Assembly: GCA_002633005.1 (NCBI GenBank)
Contig: NMRA01000505.1
Coordinates: forward strand, 205,593 to 269,592
DNA from: Phoronis australis
Lineage: Eukaryota; Animalia; Phoronida
Direction: 5' to 3'
DNA: 64,000 nucleotides
The notes beneath the pieces were generated by a model. It searched no databases and was not told the origin of the DNA. It worked only from the letters and a program-made list of their open reading frames with translations. The position numbers and the translations under genes were made by a program. Below are positions 25,501 through 40,000 of this stretch, piece by piece. Every line of letters starts with the position of its first letter. Within the stretch, counting starts at the first letter, position 1.

Positions 25501-26937
25501 ACCAGACAGATACATCAACTTGTTAATCAGACAACAGACATATAGATCAACTTGTCACCAAGCCACCAGACAGATAAGCCAAGTTGTCACCAGTCAGATA
25601 TGCAAACTTGTCACTCAGGCACAAGATCAATAGATCCACTTGTCACCCAGGTGCCAATCAAATATAATAACATGTCACCTAGGCACCAGACAGATATATG
25701 AACTTGTCACCCAGGCACAAGACACATATGGCAACATGTCACCTAGGCATTAGACACATATATCAACTTGTCAACCAGGCACCAGTCAGATATTTCAACA
25801 TGTCGCCAAAGCCCAGACAAATATATCAACTTGTCACCCAGGCACCAGACAGATATATGAACTTGTCACCCTGGCACCACACAGGTAATTTAACTTGTCA
25901 TTCAGGTAATAAACAGACATATCAACTTGTCACTCAGCCACCAGATAGATAGATCAACTTCTCACCTAGCCACCAGTCAGATATGCTAACTTGTCACCCA
26001 GGCACCAGAAAGATATATCAACGTGCCACTCAGCCACCAGACAGATATATCAATTTCTCACTCAGTTACAAGATCGATAGATCAACTCTTCACCCAGGCG
26101 CCAATCAGATATGACATGTCACTCAGCCACCAGACAGATATATAAACTTGTCACCCAGGCACCAGTTAGATATGTCAACTTGTCACTCAGGTACCATTCA
26201 TATATTTCAACTAGTCACCCAGGTATTATTTATGTGTATCAACTTTTCACCCAGACACCAATCAGATACGATTGCATGTCAACTTGGCACACAGGCACCA
26301 GTTAGATATATCAACTTGTTTCTCAGATACCATTCAGATATATCAACTTGTCACCCAGACACCAGACACATTTTCAAACTTGTCAATTAGACATCAGAAA
26401 GGTAGCTCAACTTGTCACCAAGCAGTCAGAAAGATATCCCGAGTTGTCACCCAGGAACCAGTCAGATATGTCAACTTGTCACTCAAGCAACAGATCGATA
26501 GATCAACTTGTCACCAGGCGCCAGTCATATATAACAACATGTCACCCAAGCACGAGACAAATATGAACTTTTCACCCAGGCACAAGACAGATATATCAAC
26601 TTGTCAGCTTGGCACCAGACACATATATCAACTTGGCAACCAGGCACCAGTCAGATATTTCAACTTGTCATTCAGGCACCAGACAGATATATCAACTTGC
26701 CACCAAGCCACCAGACAGATATCCTAATTTCTCACCCTGGCATCAGACGGATATGGCAACTTGCCACTCAGGCACCAGACAGATATACCAACTTGTCACT
26801 TAGGCACCAGACAAATATATCAACTTGTCAACCAGGCACCAGCCAGATATGTCAACTTGTCAGCAAAGCCCCAGACTAATATGTCAACATGTCATTTAGC
26901 CACCAGACAGAAATGCCAACTAGTCACTCAGGCACCA

Positions 26938-27005
<68 letters not shown>

Positions 27006-29068
27006 CTTGTCACTCAGGCACCGGACAGATAGATCAACTTGCCACCTAGCTACCAGTGAGATATGCCACCTTGTCATCCAGGCACCAGTCAGTTATGTCA
27101 ACTAGTCACTCATGTACCATTCATATATTTCAACTTGTCATCCAGGCACAAGCCAGATATGTTAACGTATTACTCAGGTACCATTAATATATGTCAACTT
27201 GCCACCTAACCACCAGTAAGATATGTCAACTTGTCACTCAGGCACCAGATCGATAGATCAACTTGTCAGCCAGCCACCTATCAGATACGACAACTTGCCA
27301 CCCAGGCACCAGACACATATATCAACTTGTCACCCAGGACCAGACAAATATAACGACTTGTCACCCAGGCACCAGTAAGTTATGTTAACTTGTTTTTCAG
27401 ACATCAGTCTTATATGCCAACTTGTTACTCAGTTACCATTCAGATTTATCAACTTGTCACCCAGGCACTAGACAGATATATCAACTTGTCAATCAGACAA
27501 CAGGCAGATAGATCAACTTGTCACCCAGGACCAGACAAATATAACGACTTGTCACCCAGGCACCAGTAAGTTATGTTAACTTGTTTTTCAGACATCAGTC
27601 TTATATGCCAACTTGTTACTCAGTTACCATTCAGATTTATCAACTTGTCACCCAGGCACTAGACAGATATATCAACTTGTCATTCAGACAACAGGCAGAT
27701 AGATCAGCTAGTCACCAAGCGACCAGACAGATAAGCCAAGTTGTCACCCAGGCACCAGTCAGATATATCAACTTGTCACTCAGGCAATAAACAGATATAT
27801 CAACTTGTCACTCAGGCACAAGATCAATAGATCCACTTGTCACCCAGGTGCCAATCAAATATAATAACATGTCAGCCAGGCACCAGACAGATATATGAAC
27901 TTGTCACCCAGGCACCAGACACACATATCAACTTGTGACCTAGGCACCAGACATATATATATATATATATATATATGTAAACGTGTCATCCAGACACCAG
28001 GCAGATATATCAACTTGTAAGCTAGACAACAGACACATATATCAACTTGTCACCAAGTCACCAGACAGATATGCCTAGTTGTCACCCAGACACCAGTCGG
28101 ACATGTCAACTTGTGACTGAAACACCAGATCGATAGATCAATTTGTCACACAGGCGCCATTCAGGTATAACAACATGTCACCCATGCACCAGACATATAT
28201 ACAAACTTGTCACCCAGGCACCAGTCAGATATGTGAACTTGTCAATCAGGTACCATTAATATATATCAATTTGTCACCCAGGCAACAGTCATATATGCCA
28301 ACTTTTCACCTATGCACCATACAGATACGTCAACTTGCCACTCAGGCACCAGTCATATATATATATATGAATTTTTCACACAGGTACAATTCAGATAAAT
28401 CAACTTGTCACCAAGGCACCAGACGGATACAGTTGTATATAAACTTGTCACACAGGTACCAGTAAGATATGTCAACTTGTTACTTAGTTATCATTCAGAT
28501 AGATCAACTTCTCACCCACGTACCAGACAGATATGTCAACTTCTCACCTAAGCACCAGACAGATATGTCAACTTGTCACTCAGGCACCAGACAGATACAT
28601 CAACTTGTCACTCAGACAATAGACAGATATATCAACTTGTCACTCAGGCACCACATCGATAGATGAACTTGTCACCCAGGCGCCAGTAAGATATGACCAC
28701 ATGTCACCAAGGCACAAGACAGATATATGAACTTGTCGCCGAGGCACCACACAGATATATCATGTTGTCACCAAGGCACCAGACACATATATCAACTTGT
28801 CAGCCAGCCACCAGTCGTATATGTCATCTTGTCACCAAAGCCCCAAACACATATGTCAACTTTTCATACAGCCACCAGACAGATATTTCAACTTGTCACT
28901 CAGGTACTATTAATATATATCAACTTGTCACCCAGTCACCAGTCAGAGATGTCAACATGTCACCCAGGCACCAGTCAGAAATGTCAACTTTTTACTCAGG
29001 CATCAGTCAGGTATGACAACTTGTCACTCAGGCACCGGTCAGATATGAGAACTATTCAGTCAGGCACA
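22543..29068. repeat. Minisatellite array, 32-bp unit TCAACTTGTCACCCAGGCACCAGACAGATATA, roughly 180-190 diverged copies
   Basis: Head-to-tail units without unique spacers. Interrupted by (TA)n runs and a ~500-bp insertion (about 22985-23478). Copy number is estimated from length. Confidence 0.97.
22985..23478. mobile_element. Insertion in the minisatellite; probable DNA transposon end fragment with subterminal repeats
   Basis: Unrelated to the 32-bp unit. Repeated ATATATAGCCCGCA and TATATGCCCC motifs at 23050-23300. Family unresolved; an N at 23477 may mark an assembly join. Confidence 0.5.
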
Positions 29069-31423
29069 ATATTTAATAATAATCCGTGCAACACTTCGTC
29101 GCGTTATCTCGATGATGAAACCAGGAACTGTCTCCACCAGAAGCAGTTTTGGGGTTTTGGGGGCATTTGAGTTAAGAGAAGTGTTCCTCTCTATAAAATG
29201 TAACCTCTTGAAACACTTCCAATAGCCATTTTCAACTTTGAAAATAGCCCACTCGTATTTAACGACCAATCAATGAAATATGGCCTCACTCACGTGAAAA
29301 GGTGGTTCTAGACAATAATTCCCCTTTTTAATTTCTAAGAGGAGGACGGCTGTCGAAGATAACCATGAACGAAAAGTACGCAGAATGGGAAATTACGGCA
29401 AATATTTTGTTTTGCAAGACAACAGTGCGGTTGAATAAGGCAGGAAGGAATTGGTTATGTTTTAGATTATGTGACTGTGTACACTTTGATGCGATGTTGA
29501 CATAATCGAATGGAAATCGGAACAGAAATGCATTTTCATTATGAAAGTCAGGTTTACACCATAGTATATCTAAGGAAGCGAGTAGAGTTGGCCAAATAAG
29601 AAAAGTAACGCAATTAATTTACGTGCGTAAATTAACGGCCCAGATTAATTAGTAAGCTGTACGTTAATTCTTAATGGCGCAAATTAATTTTTGACAGGTT
29701 CACGTAATTCGAACATTCGCCCTTTAGGTCAACAAAGGCGAGAAGGCGTACCGTCTAAGGTTTTGCACTTCAACTCGCAAGTTGTCACCAGTTTTTAGTA
29801 ACAACCCTTGTCAAATTTAGGCCTGTGAAAAACGACTCTCCAGGTCATTTTTTCACGGGGTCAATTTTTATGACTACTTCGGCACTAACATGAGACGAAA
29901 GAAAATTCAGGGAGATGCAAGATACTTGAAATGAGAAAATCTAAAAAGATTCGCGCGAACAAGATGAATCGGCCAATTGTTATCTTGCAGCGTTGCGTTA
30001 GCAAGTGGTAGTCCTAGGTGGCGTCAAACGTACAGTGTATAGACGAAAAAATAAACCAATCTCGATGAGTGCGGAATCACACATCGTCAATTTCCTGAAG
30101 GCATGTGAACCAGTGCAGCGACAAGAGAACACAATAGTCCAAGGGTTTATTCCATACGCATTGAATACGGCCATGTGTTATTGCTTTCCGTATTGCACTC
30201 CCTGGACTACTTCAGCAGCGACCTCTGACATGAAAAGTTCAAAAGGTAGGTCAATGTCGACTCGACGTCTTCAGCCGGTTCGATCAACAAACGTTTCCAA
30301 AATAGTTTAAACTAGCAAAATTGCAGCAGTATAAATAACACCCAATATGCAATCAGGTTGGTACAAAATTGTTTAGTATAAGACACTGTCTCAGTTTATT
30401 TTATAACTATTATATCGTCTGCAACTCAGGCGCCGAATTCCTTGGTAACTGCAATGTTAAATATTGTTCTTATATAATCCTTTTTAGGAAATGTCACAAG
30501 TTCAATGCACGATAACCGTTGTTTTCACCTTTGTTATCTCTTTTCAAGTAATAGATCTGTTTCTTTTACTAGAGTAAACTTGTAACATAACGCACAAGAA
30601 CATGGATGTGCTCCACCACGTGAACAGTCTAGGTGAAGTATTTACCACATCTATTGTCCAGAGATCTTTGCCACCAACTATACATACAGTTTTGTTCTCT
30701 GATGTAACATACAAACGGGCAGCGTATTAATTGAAATGATGGTACCGTGGGACGCCAGAGTAGAGGCGGTCAAAAGATGGAAGGGACTAACTACGAAGAC
30801 CTAAAAGGGGATACTTTGCCAGAAGTGGGTGAGATGCCGGTGCTTCAAAAGTAAGCAACAAAGGTCACAAGTAACAACTGAATCTGCAAAGAAGCCTTGG
30901 TTTGTCAGCGACAACCAAGACGAAACCCACACGATAAGGAGCTGGAATGGCTTAAATTATGTTTGGACTTGATTAACTGTGCTTCCTGACTAATCAACTC
31001 TGCCGACCGACCATCGGAGAGGGGGGGGGGGGGTGTGGTGCTCTTTGCCGACGATTCGATTAGAAGTAAAATTAAAACCCTGAAAGTTGCCCAGGACTGG
31101 GTTGCCTCAAGCTTCAAGACTTTCACGATTGATAAGTTTGATTGTTGCATGACGTCAGTTATACAACAATACATTTGTCAACGTTCTGCGTGATAATGCG
31201 ACGTTATTGTTGGTCTCCAGCGTTTAAACTTTATGTAACTGGGTCTAGATTCATAATGCTAACGCAAATGTAAAATATGTAAATAAATTTTGAACTTTGC
31301 GTTCCAAATATTCATATTAAACACACGAACACGTAACTATGAGATAATGCAAACCACGCTTTGAAACTAAAGAGAAAAGATTCTCAATTATTCGACTAGG
31401 AATTTATATTAGTTCTTAGAAAG

Positions 31424-32374
31424 ATGAATATAATCAACATCAAATCAACGAACACTAGCACACTTAAAGAAAGAAAACGTGAAGAATTTAAAACAGGTAT
31501 CATCACCAGTTTACGGCACATTGTTCCAATACTGAGACCCAGCTTAGGTCGAAACTATCGACTGGCATTGCCGAAGAATTTAGAAGATACTTTAGAAGAT
31601 GATAAGTTGGACATTTATGAAGAAACATGCGAAACTCCGATCAACCTGAAGAAATTAGGTACCGCCCATTTAGGAAGGTCCGACAAGAAATCCGAAAGCT
31701 CGAGTGACACGACAGAAGGCGATTTATGTTCCAAGGCGAACGGCGATGTTTCTTTTCTTCAAAAGAGAGCCCAGCCGGTCTTCTTAACGAGCAGGCGACC
31801 AGTCTATTCGGACATTTATCTCGTATCACCCTTACAAGTAAATACAAAGGAACAGTTGACTATTCTCTGCCACAAGATTAGTCCTTCCACGTGCATTCTC
31901 GTGCGTCACGTTATTCCGCCGAAAAGTGGTCCACTCTATGTAACTGAACTTGCAGCAATTGACAGCTTGAGCAGGAATGGAGCTATCCTGTGCCTTCTTG
32001 AATTCTTTGGAAGCACTGCCACGCGCTTAGTTTTTGACTGCATACCTAGCGACCATTATGTGTTGACTCTACCAACAGTGTCGAGGAAGCGAACCTGTCA
32101 CAGATGGGTGCTTGCGCAGCTAAAGCCTGCACGTTTACCATTGTCCCAAAATGTCATATTGGAACTGTGGGTTGGCGAGGATGGCGTAAGATATCTTGTA
32201 CACAAAACAGTCGTGTTCCCCCAGTCCCCGCCAGTTGTTAGAAAAAAGAAAGTGAAAGGAAAAAACAATGATTTGAATATTAGGTACTCAATCGCAAACT
32301 CAAAGAATGCAAAGAAATCGACTAGAAGCATTAAAGGCAAAAACTGTAAAAAAATTAAGCGGTTGCGGAAGTAA
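31424..32374 (+). CDS. Hypothetical 316-aa protein, single exon, Lys-rich C-terminus
   Basis: 951-nt ATG-initiated open frame in AT-rich non-repetitive DNA. No transposon motif recognised. The central region weakly resembles a kinase N-lobe. Confidence 0.55.
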   Translation: MNIINIKSTNTSTLKERKREEFKTGIITSLRHIVPILRPSLGRNYRLALPKNLEDTLEDDKLDIYEETCETPINLKKLGTAHLGRSDKKSESSSDTTEGDLCSKANGDVSFLQKRAQPVFLTSRRPVYSDIYLVSPLQVNTKEQLTILCHKISPSTCILVRHVIPPKSGPLYVTELAAIDSLSRNGAILCLLEFFGSTATRLVFDCIPSDHYVLTLPTVSRKRTCHRWVLAQLKPARLPLSQNVILELWVGEDGVRYLVHKTVVFPQSPPVVRKKKVKGKNNDLNIRYSIANSKNAKKSTRSIKGKNCKKIKRLRK

Positions 32375-33029
32375 ATGACAATGCAGAGTTCGGGCCGTGT
32401 GCGTCGATACGTCGGAAGTGAACAAGGAGCACGGTCCACAACTAAGCGTGCTCTGCCATAGTACGTTATTGGTTTGAAATTAATAATCCCTCCATTCTTC
32501 TGATTAGAAATAAAAACACAGTTTCACCTCCTACTTCCGCCGTTTTACATCCAAGCTCTGTCTCTTATGACAACGAAAAGGTGACCGTCTCCACTAAGTT
32601 TTGGTCAATAGGGTGAGCTGCAGTCGATCAAGCCACTGTGCCAAGTGTCCGCCCCTGTCAGTGGGAGACCAATCATCACAGGTCACAGAAGCATCACCAG
32701 CCGAGGAATCGCTTTTACAATTTTGTATAACAACTTCGAATTTCAAAAATGAACATTGTGTTTATTACAATGTAGAGGCTTATCGCAGTCGCCAAGTCCC
32801 TAATAAACTAATTAGTTTCACTTATTCTGTATGTGATAAGACTTTAAGGCTAAATGGAAATGGCTACAACTCTAATATTTATCAAATCCCAATACAAAGA
32901 TACAGCATAACGCACGTGTTTCGAAAACTAATTATACTTTTAATCTTTTGAAAACCGTGTTTACATGTACACTTTTTTAATTAAAAGAACATTATCGTTT
33001 TACGGCCGAAAAAATATCTTTGGGATTTT

Positions 33030-33530
33030 TGTTGCATGGGATAGGCTTTAGTAACTTTGTAGGATGGGATAGCCTTTAGTAGCTTTTTAGGATTGTATAA
33101 GCTTTAGAAACTTTTTTTGGATGGAATAGGCTTTAGTAACTTTGTTGGATGGGATAGGCTTTAGTAGATTTGTTGGATGGAATAGGCTTTAGTAACTTTG
33201 TTGGATGGGATAGGCTTTGGTAGCTTTGTTGGATGGAATAGGCTTTAGTAACTTTGTAGGATGGGATAGGCTTTAGTAACTTTGTTGGATGGGATAGGCT
33301 TCAGTAGTTTTGTTGGATGGGAGAGGATTTAGTGACTTTGTTGAATGGGATAGGCTTTAGTAGCTTTGTTGGATGGAATAGGATTTAGTATATTTGTATG
33401 ATGGGATAGGCTTTAGTAACTTTGTAGGATAGGATAGGCTTTGGTAGCTTTGTTGGATGGAATAGGCTTTAGTATATTTGTTGGATGGAATAGGCTGTAG
33501 TAGCTCTGTAGGATGGGATAGGCTTTAGAA
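33030..33530. repeat. 28-bp minisatellite (TGTTGGATGGRATAGGCTTTAGTAACTT), about 18 copies
   Basis: ATAGG recurs at 28-bp spacing (33126, 33154), head-to-tail with no spacers. Confidence 0.95.
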
Positions 33531-36500
33531 GCTTGGTCTAAACCAAAAAAAAAATAAAATTGGTTGTATTTTTTGAATTTATTACAACTTGCTGTTGTCT
33601 GGGAGATATACGCTGAAATCAACACAGTCACTTTCCTAGTTAAACGCTTAAACAACTCTGTCATTTATCGAATTGGATTTAGCTTACGTAATGTACGGCT
33701 AGCAGAGCCTTTTACTGTGACAAGGATGGCTCCAGGTTTTAATCTGCGCTGGGCTGGTCTCAGAAAACCAAACCACTTTTCTCGCCAAGTATGTCACACA
33801 AAAATAGCTATGAATGACATCATTTCCAACTAAATCCAATTTTACTTCTTTTTCGATACATGAGTTACATTTTGAAATATGTCCAAGTGAAAGTTGAGGC
33901 TAACAATCCAAAACACGTCTACAGCATGACCAACCGTTTGTTGTCAACGTGCTAATTTCAAAGTTCACAAACCAAGTGACACTTTTTGTCATTGTTGAAA
34001 ACTTAGCTCAATCTTGGCTATTCCGTATTACACGATTATTTACTTATCAAAATGAGTGACCATTAAACGAAGATATTGTTCGGATGTAATTCTTGGCAAT
34101 TATGTTTTAAAACTGGTTATGTCAGTATATAATGGAATCCGATCACGCGTTAGAAGACGCTCACCACCAATTTTTACAGAAGCACCTGCATCACATCTGT
34201 CGTATGAAAGCAAATTTAAAGGTGTGTTTGCATACTCCTAAGTACGCTAATACATAAAAGGAACTAAACGACAATGCTATTTAACATATATATGTGTGTG
34301 TGTGTGTGCGCGTGTGTGTGCGTGTGCGTGTGTGTATATGTGTAATTTTTTTGAAAAGCAAGTGCGCCCCAATTAAACCTAGTACAGGTTTGTAAACGTG
34401 CTAAATTTATTGGCGATATTGGCACTTTTGTACTATACCTCACTGTCTACAACGCCAATATTAAGTTTGAAATGTTTGGAAGAGCAGTTCCAGATTTCAC
34501 CATCAAGTGACGTCAATCTGTATCTTGATGAGAAAAAATAATACTGCGTTTGTTTTATTACAGGAAAATATTATTTGAAGTATCATCCCTTATTGACATC
34601 TAATGTCATTGTTTCAAATATCCAATTTTCAGCTAAATAAGTCATGAAAATTTGCAAGCTGCTTTCGTCAAACGTAATGGTTTGTGGTATCAATCAAATC
34701 GTGAGAACATTTCAGGCTTAAGGCAATCGTACGACAGGAAATTCTTATATAGTCAGCCTTCGTTTCAAAGTGCTACTGGTGATTTTGTTTTGCTGATCAC
34801 CTGACACAGCTTACAGGTTCCGAAAGCCCTTTTCACACTATTTTCGATTTAATTTTGAAATTCGAATACTCTTAAGAAATCGTTTTGGCACGGTCCACAC
34901 ATCACAATGTGTTCAGATTTGAGAAAGGAGTACTAATCGAGGCAATAACTATGCCATCAAACATGAATTGCAGACATCAAAAACGAGATAACAATCACCT
35001 GTCGTTGTGGTTTTGAAACGTTCATCGATTTTTTAGGAAAAATCACTGATTAGAATGCTAACCAGGTTCGCGAGTCTTGTACCTGGCAGCAGATAGATAT
35101 GTATGTTATTTTATAAATTATCGTATTATTTTGTTCAGCTTTTGATTTTTTCAAAAAATCTTTTAATCACTATCATTACTATAGTTTGCATGGGCATGCG
35201 TAATACCTTGATGCCATGTTTTTGGAAAGCTGTTGATTTTCCTTGTGTTCTCTGCTGCCAAAAACTCTATAGAGTCCTGTTGTGAAAATGTACACGCCTG
35301 GTTACGTCCGCAACTAACCGTGCCAGTAGTCGAGACATATATTTAAACTCCACGAGTCCACAAAATGTCAGATTGTATTTATCTTCAAATAACGTTCATC
35401 TCTGTACAGAAGAAATTGTACAGTATGTAAGTAGCACAAGGGAAGCCCAAATGGTGTGTGAAATATTTTAATATACAAACCAGTATAGTTATGGACATTT
35501 GAAAGATGGACACCAAGCAGCTGCATTACGCAACAATGAACATAAAGTGAGGTCCAGTGATTAAATTGGGAGGTCTACAGAAAACAACATTAATCTGGAT
35601 AACACATATTCCAGCTGGAATAGGTATATCTTTGTCTTATTCTGACATGTATAACAGTTGTATGACCAGACTTTCAAAAATGAGAGTCCAAATAGCAAAT
35701 ACGTCATACACTGATGCATAAAGTATTTATGGCTCATAATCAATCTGAAAGACTGCAGAACTTAAATAATTGCGATAATTATTTCACCCACTCAAACTTG
35801 TTATCAAAAGGCCTTCTACATAATCCAGCTGTTGAACATTAAAATCAACAACAAAAACAGCAACGACGACAACAGCAACAAAAACTACGGTGACGTTTCT
35901 TAAATTTCAACTAACAATTCACAAAATCTTCGAAACAAATAGTTCCATTATAACATGGAGGTTGCTCTGCCGCGTGGCATGGGCCCTTTAAAAGTAACAT
36001 AGTAACGGCGAAAACGAGTTTGTTGTCCCCGAAAAACATATATTCAGAGCTATTACGCAGAGCAGTTAACTGTCTAAAGGATATTAACCTGATTTCAGCC
36101 ATCAATAGGTACTCCGTAATTAAAGTTTTTTCTATGTAAAGCTCTTCAAAACAAACTATGGAACAAATTTGAAAACTCCTTGTAAAATCTGCTAAACCGG
36201 CAAAGCGAGTTACACGACCACAGTGGGGAAAATTGCCGAGAACCACAATATCCATTGTGTGGCATACTGAGTAAGTGTTTTTAGTTGAACCTGCTTCTAT
36301 CACAGAATTGAGACGCCTAGTCGCCATGCAGTTTCAAGCAGGCGACCCTAGGAATCAGCCTCTTTTCGTCATCTGAGAACATGTTACCTTTCAAAGGTTC
36401 GATTAGTGTTTCGAATGTTCGATCTGTTTACCACCATAATCAGAGTACCCATCTACTTTCGGAGCTGCCTAGTTATGGCATTAAACTTGATATCTAGAAC

Positions 36501-36552
36501 ACCCTTCACACATCGCAAGACCCCTTGTGGCAACATCAAACACTGGCCTGAC

Positions 36553-37093
36553 CCGGAAGTCATCTATATATTAAAATGCTAAGTTTAGGCCCGGATGTTG
36601 CCTTCGAGTCCGTCTGACAAAGACAACTCGAAACCAATTACGCGTTACACTCGACGCCTCCTTCCCTTCGTTCCTACGACGGAAAAAGTTCGGGTTCACG
36701 GCGGACGCAAAACCCCGGTGTTTTTTTCTTTGTCTTACCGACTCGTGGCCGCAGTTGCGGTGGACGCGCTTCTTTCTCACGAAGACTACTATTCGGGTGT
36801 ATTCGTCCGCAGCCTGCATTTACCGTTTACGTCTACTAGGTTGCGTGCTCAATTATTCGGCGGCGAGAGAAATCGAACAAACGATGTAACGTTGAATAAT
36901 TTTCCGAAATTCCAGTCAAGCGAATGCGCAGGCGGCCGCGGCATTTCACGCACACCCGTGCACCGCTGCGTACGAATACTTCATGTGCTGCGGTCGCGTC
37001 CGTTCTCATGGGTCTACTGCGAAACCACGGCTGGACTGTGAGAGTTCCTCGCGTATTTTTCCCGTTAAAAGTACTTTAATATCAAAGGTAAGT
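36553..37093 (+). promoter_or_regulatory. Candidate promoter and non-coding first exon
   Basis: ETS-type CCGGAAGT (36553-36560), a TATA-like run just after it, about 500 bp of CpG-rich sequence, then a consensus donor AAG|GTAAGT at 37087/37088. Confidence 0.45.
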
Positions 37094-40000
37094 GGTGAAG
37101 ATCTCAACCATTATTGCAGTCTTTAGTCCAGTGCCACTTTTTGTCCATTTTTTGCAAAAAGCAAACCGAGCCTCATATGCAATCACGCCAGGGTTTTCCT
37201 TCGTTTCATAAGGCCTACTACTATATACTATCCCAACACTTCAAAAGTTTCACGTTTCCGTATTAATCATTCATTTGGCCGCTTAATTTACGCGAGCCCA
37301 GGTGTGGAATCAGTCTTGCTCTCGAATATGGTCGTAAGTAGTAGACGATCGCACATGTTTGCATATTGGCTTCAATTTCAATTGTAAACAAAAGTGTTCG
37401 GAGTGTTCCACATCAGGTCACGTACCCAAGTCAACCGAGATGACAGTCATTAATGTAAACTTGACAGAATATTTCGAAATTGTTGCCTGTATTAGCCCTT
37501 TGGCTCATTGGACTGGAACAATATCCCCAGGGCACTATCTTTTAATGACTAAAAGATTGTGTTTCGTGTTGTAAACTTGAGTCGTTGGATAGTTCTAATC
37601 CAGAACCAGGTCAAACTACAAAACTAGACCAAATACAAAAAAATAAGTCACGGAACATCTCCCCCCACAGGGCAGCAAAGAAGAAAACAAGTAACCAGAT
37701 ACCTAATGACACTACTCTACTCTAAACTCGGTAACCATAAATAGTGCTATCAACACTATCCAAAGTAACATATTCCTTCACCTATTTTCTACGAAACAGT
37801 TTTCAAGTTACCAAATAAGATTGATGTCATCTCGAATCCCAGTCATGTTTTCATGTGTGTCACTTGCATGTTGTTACATGTATGTATGCTTAGTGTTATC
37901 CACAACCGAAACATCCAAACCTGTCCGAAAGACATAACTGCATACACTCGACCTGGCAGCCATTCTTTGTTATGGACAAACGTAAAGCCATTATGTTGCA
38001 GGTTACCCAAACCTGACGGGATTGTCGACAAACCTGTTGAAACGAAAGGTTAAAACTGGTTGTGGAGAACACTGATATCAAAATGACTACCAACTGTGCT
38101 TGACTCGGACCTTACAGTGTTTTTCTGTTCTTTTTTAAAGATAACGGTTACAACAAAAACAACTTAAGTTTGGAAATTTGTTTTTGTAAATACTTGATTA
38201 AAATCTTTGATTAATGGTTCAAAACTTCATCTTCATAATAAGAAATGAGGGAGCAAGAATTTTATTGGGCGTATCTACTCTGCCATTCCGAAGAATATTG
38301 AACTTTTCTGCTTACGAGCAGTACTCCTCCATGTACCTGGTCGAACATCATTTGAAGACCAGCCTATAATGCAGGCTCATGTACTAATTACGTTTAAAGA
38401 GGCGTGCATTAGACTCCATTCATGACAAAGCTGCTGTAGTCAAGACTGCCAAGACTGCTGCGATCTCTCTTTTGTCACAATCTGTTCGCACAGCAAAAGC
38501 CTCCACGCTCTCCCATGACGGAAATAGTACCAAGACAATTTGATTGAGGGCTTTGATCACTACAGCTACACACGTAAAGCGTACATTCAGAAATATATCT
38601 GTACATGTGAATTTGAGCTCTGGTAATAAAGACACATTGCATGTATGTACCTCGTGATATCACCATCATAATTTATGTATGGCGAAATAACAATAAAATG
38701 GTTGTTCAACAAAAACTCAAATGTTTCTTTTTCAGAACAAAAATTGATGACAACAACAAACAGTACCTAAAAACATTGTTAACAGCAGGGCTTGTTCGTC
38801 ATGTTTCATTTCCTAGCTTACAAATGTACCACCAGAGAAAATTCCCATGTCTAGCGGAGACAAGGGAAAGTTGAATCCCTTAAGCACGGGTTCCAGCTAG
38901 TTGGTAGTAACTGTTATGCCCGGGGCATTTTGCAGCATCGGCTCTGATTGTGAAGACTGATGAATGCATGAGACATCTGTGCGGAAATTGAATACTCTCC
39001 GACTTTTGTTGTTGTTGCAAAGTATAGCTTCAAAGAAAGATTACGGCTCGAAAACTCGGTGCGTTTTTGAACCATGTTTGGTTTTTGCCTACACCGAAAC
39101 CCAAAACAAATAAATGTTTTACTTTTTAATGAAATAGTACATTGTTTTCGCAGTCCCTAACAGTTGATCTAGTAACTGTAATTATCTTTAAATAGTAAGA
39201 ACCCCCAACCATTGTCCTAGGAAAGTCTGTGCATGTTTGCAGTGTGTAAGTTGTAACGAAGTAAAATTTCATTATCTAGGTCTACTAGGCTCTTGTGAAT
39301 ATGAAATTATCAAGATCCAGAAAGTGTTCGACGTATAGGAAAAAAGAATTATGGGTTTCACAAAATACCTGTATAAATACCAATTTACTCACCCGTTTCG
39401 CGACAGGCCACATAAAATAAGGTAAGAAGTCTTTTTACCGGTATATGAAGTATATAAGTTATCCAATGAAATATACAATTTTGTTATGTACACCAAACGA
39501 GATTTCTCCAGTGTTTCGCCGCACACAGGCAAAATATAGTAAAGTAAGAAGTCATTTTACCGGTATATGAAGTGCATGCGTTAAATTATACACAATGAAA
39601 TATACAAGCTTGTTATGCATACAAAAGTTATCCAATATCCACCGAAATTATCGCTACAAATCCGTGTTTTGAGTTACCACTTCTGGACAGCCAAGATCCA
39701 TCGTCTGCCCATCGTCGATGCCGGAAACCAACAACCTTCTTAATTTTTCACCAGCATTCTTGAGGCAGCGTTCACTTTCAGGTATAACCACTTCAAGCAA
39801 AGATTTGGTGTGGTTTGTCCATGTAGGCTTTTGATACTACTTCGATATCAAATCAACTGACCCCAACAGCGGTTATAAACAGACAGGTTCCAGTCAGTGT
39901 ACTGCAGTAAAGCTCCACCCCTTGTCAATTACCAAGCTGGTGTGCGGTCAAGCAATACACAATCACTGGCTTTTTAAGAGATATGTGTTTGAAACCGGGC

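Noticed and set aside
22543-29068. 32-bp repeat array as a CRISPR array or a repetitive protein gene
   Set aside because: Units are contiguous with no unique spacers, there are no cas genes and the context is eukaryotic. The many ORFs arise from a stop-poor unit whose length is not a multiple of 3 and are broken by frequent stops.
33030-33530. 28-bp repeat as CRISPR or coding sequence (ORF 33413-33664)
   Set aside because: Head-to-tail minisatellite; the ORF is a by-product of the repeat.
36571-37041. 148-aa and 82-aa ORFs
   Set aside because: Non-ATG starts, no recognisable domain; better explained by a GC-rich promoter or 5' UTR.
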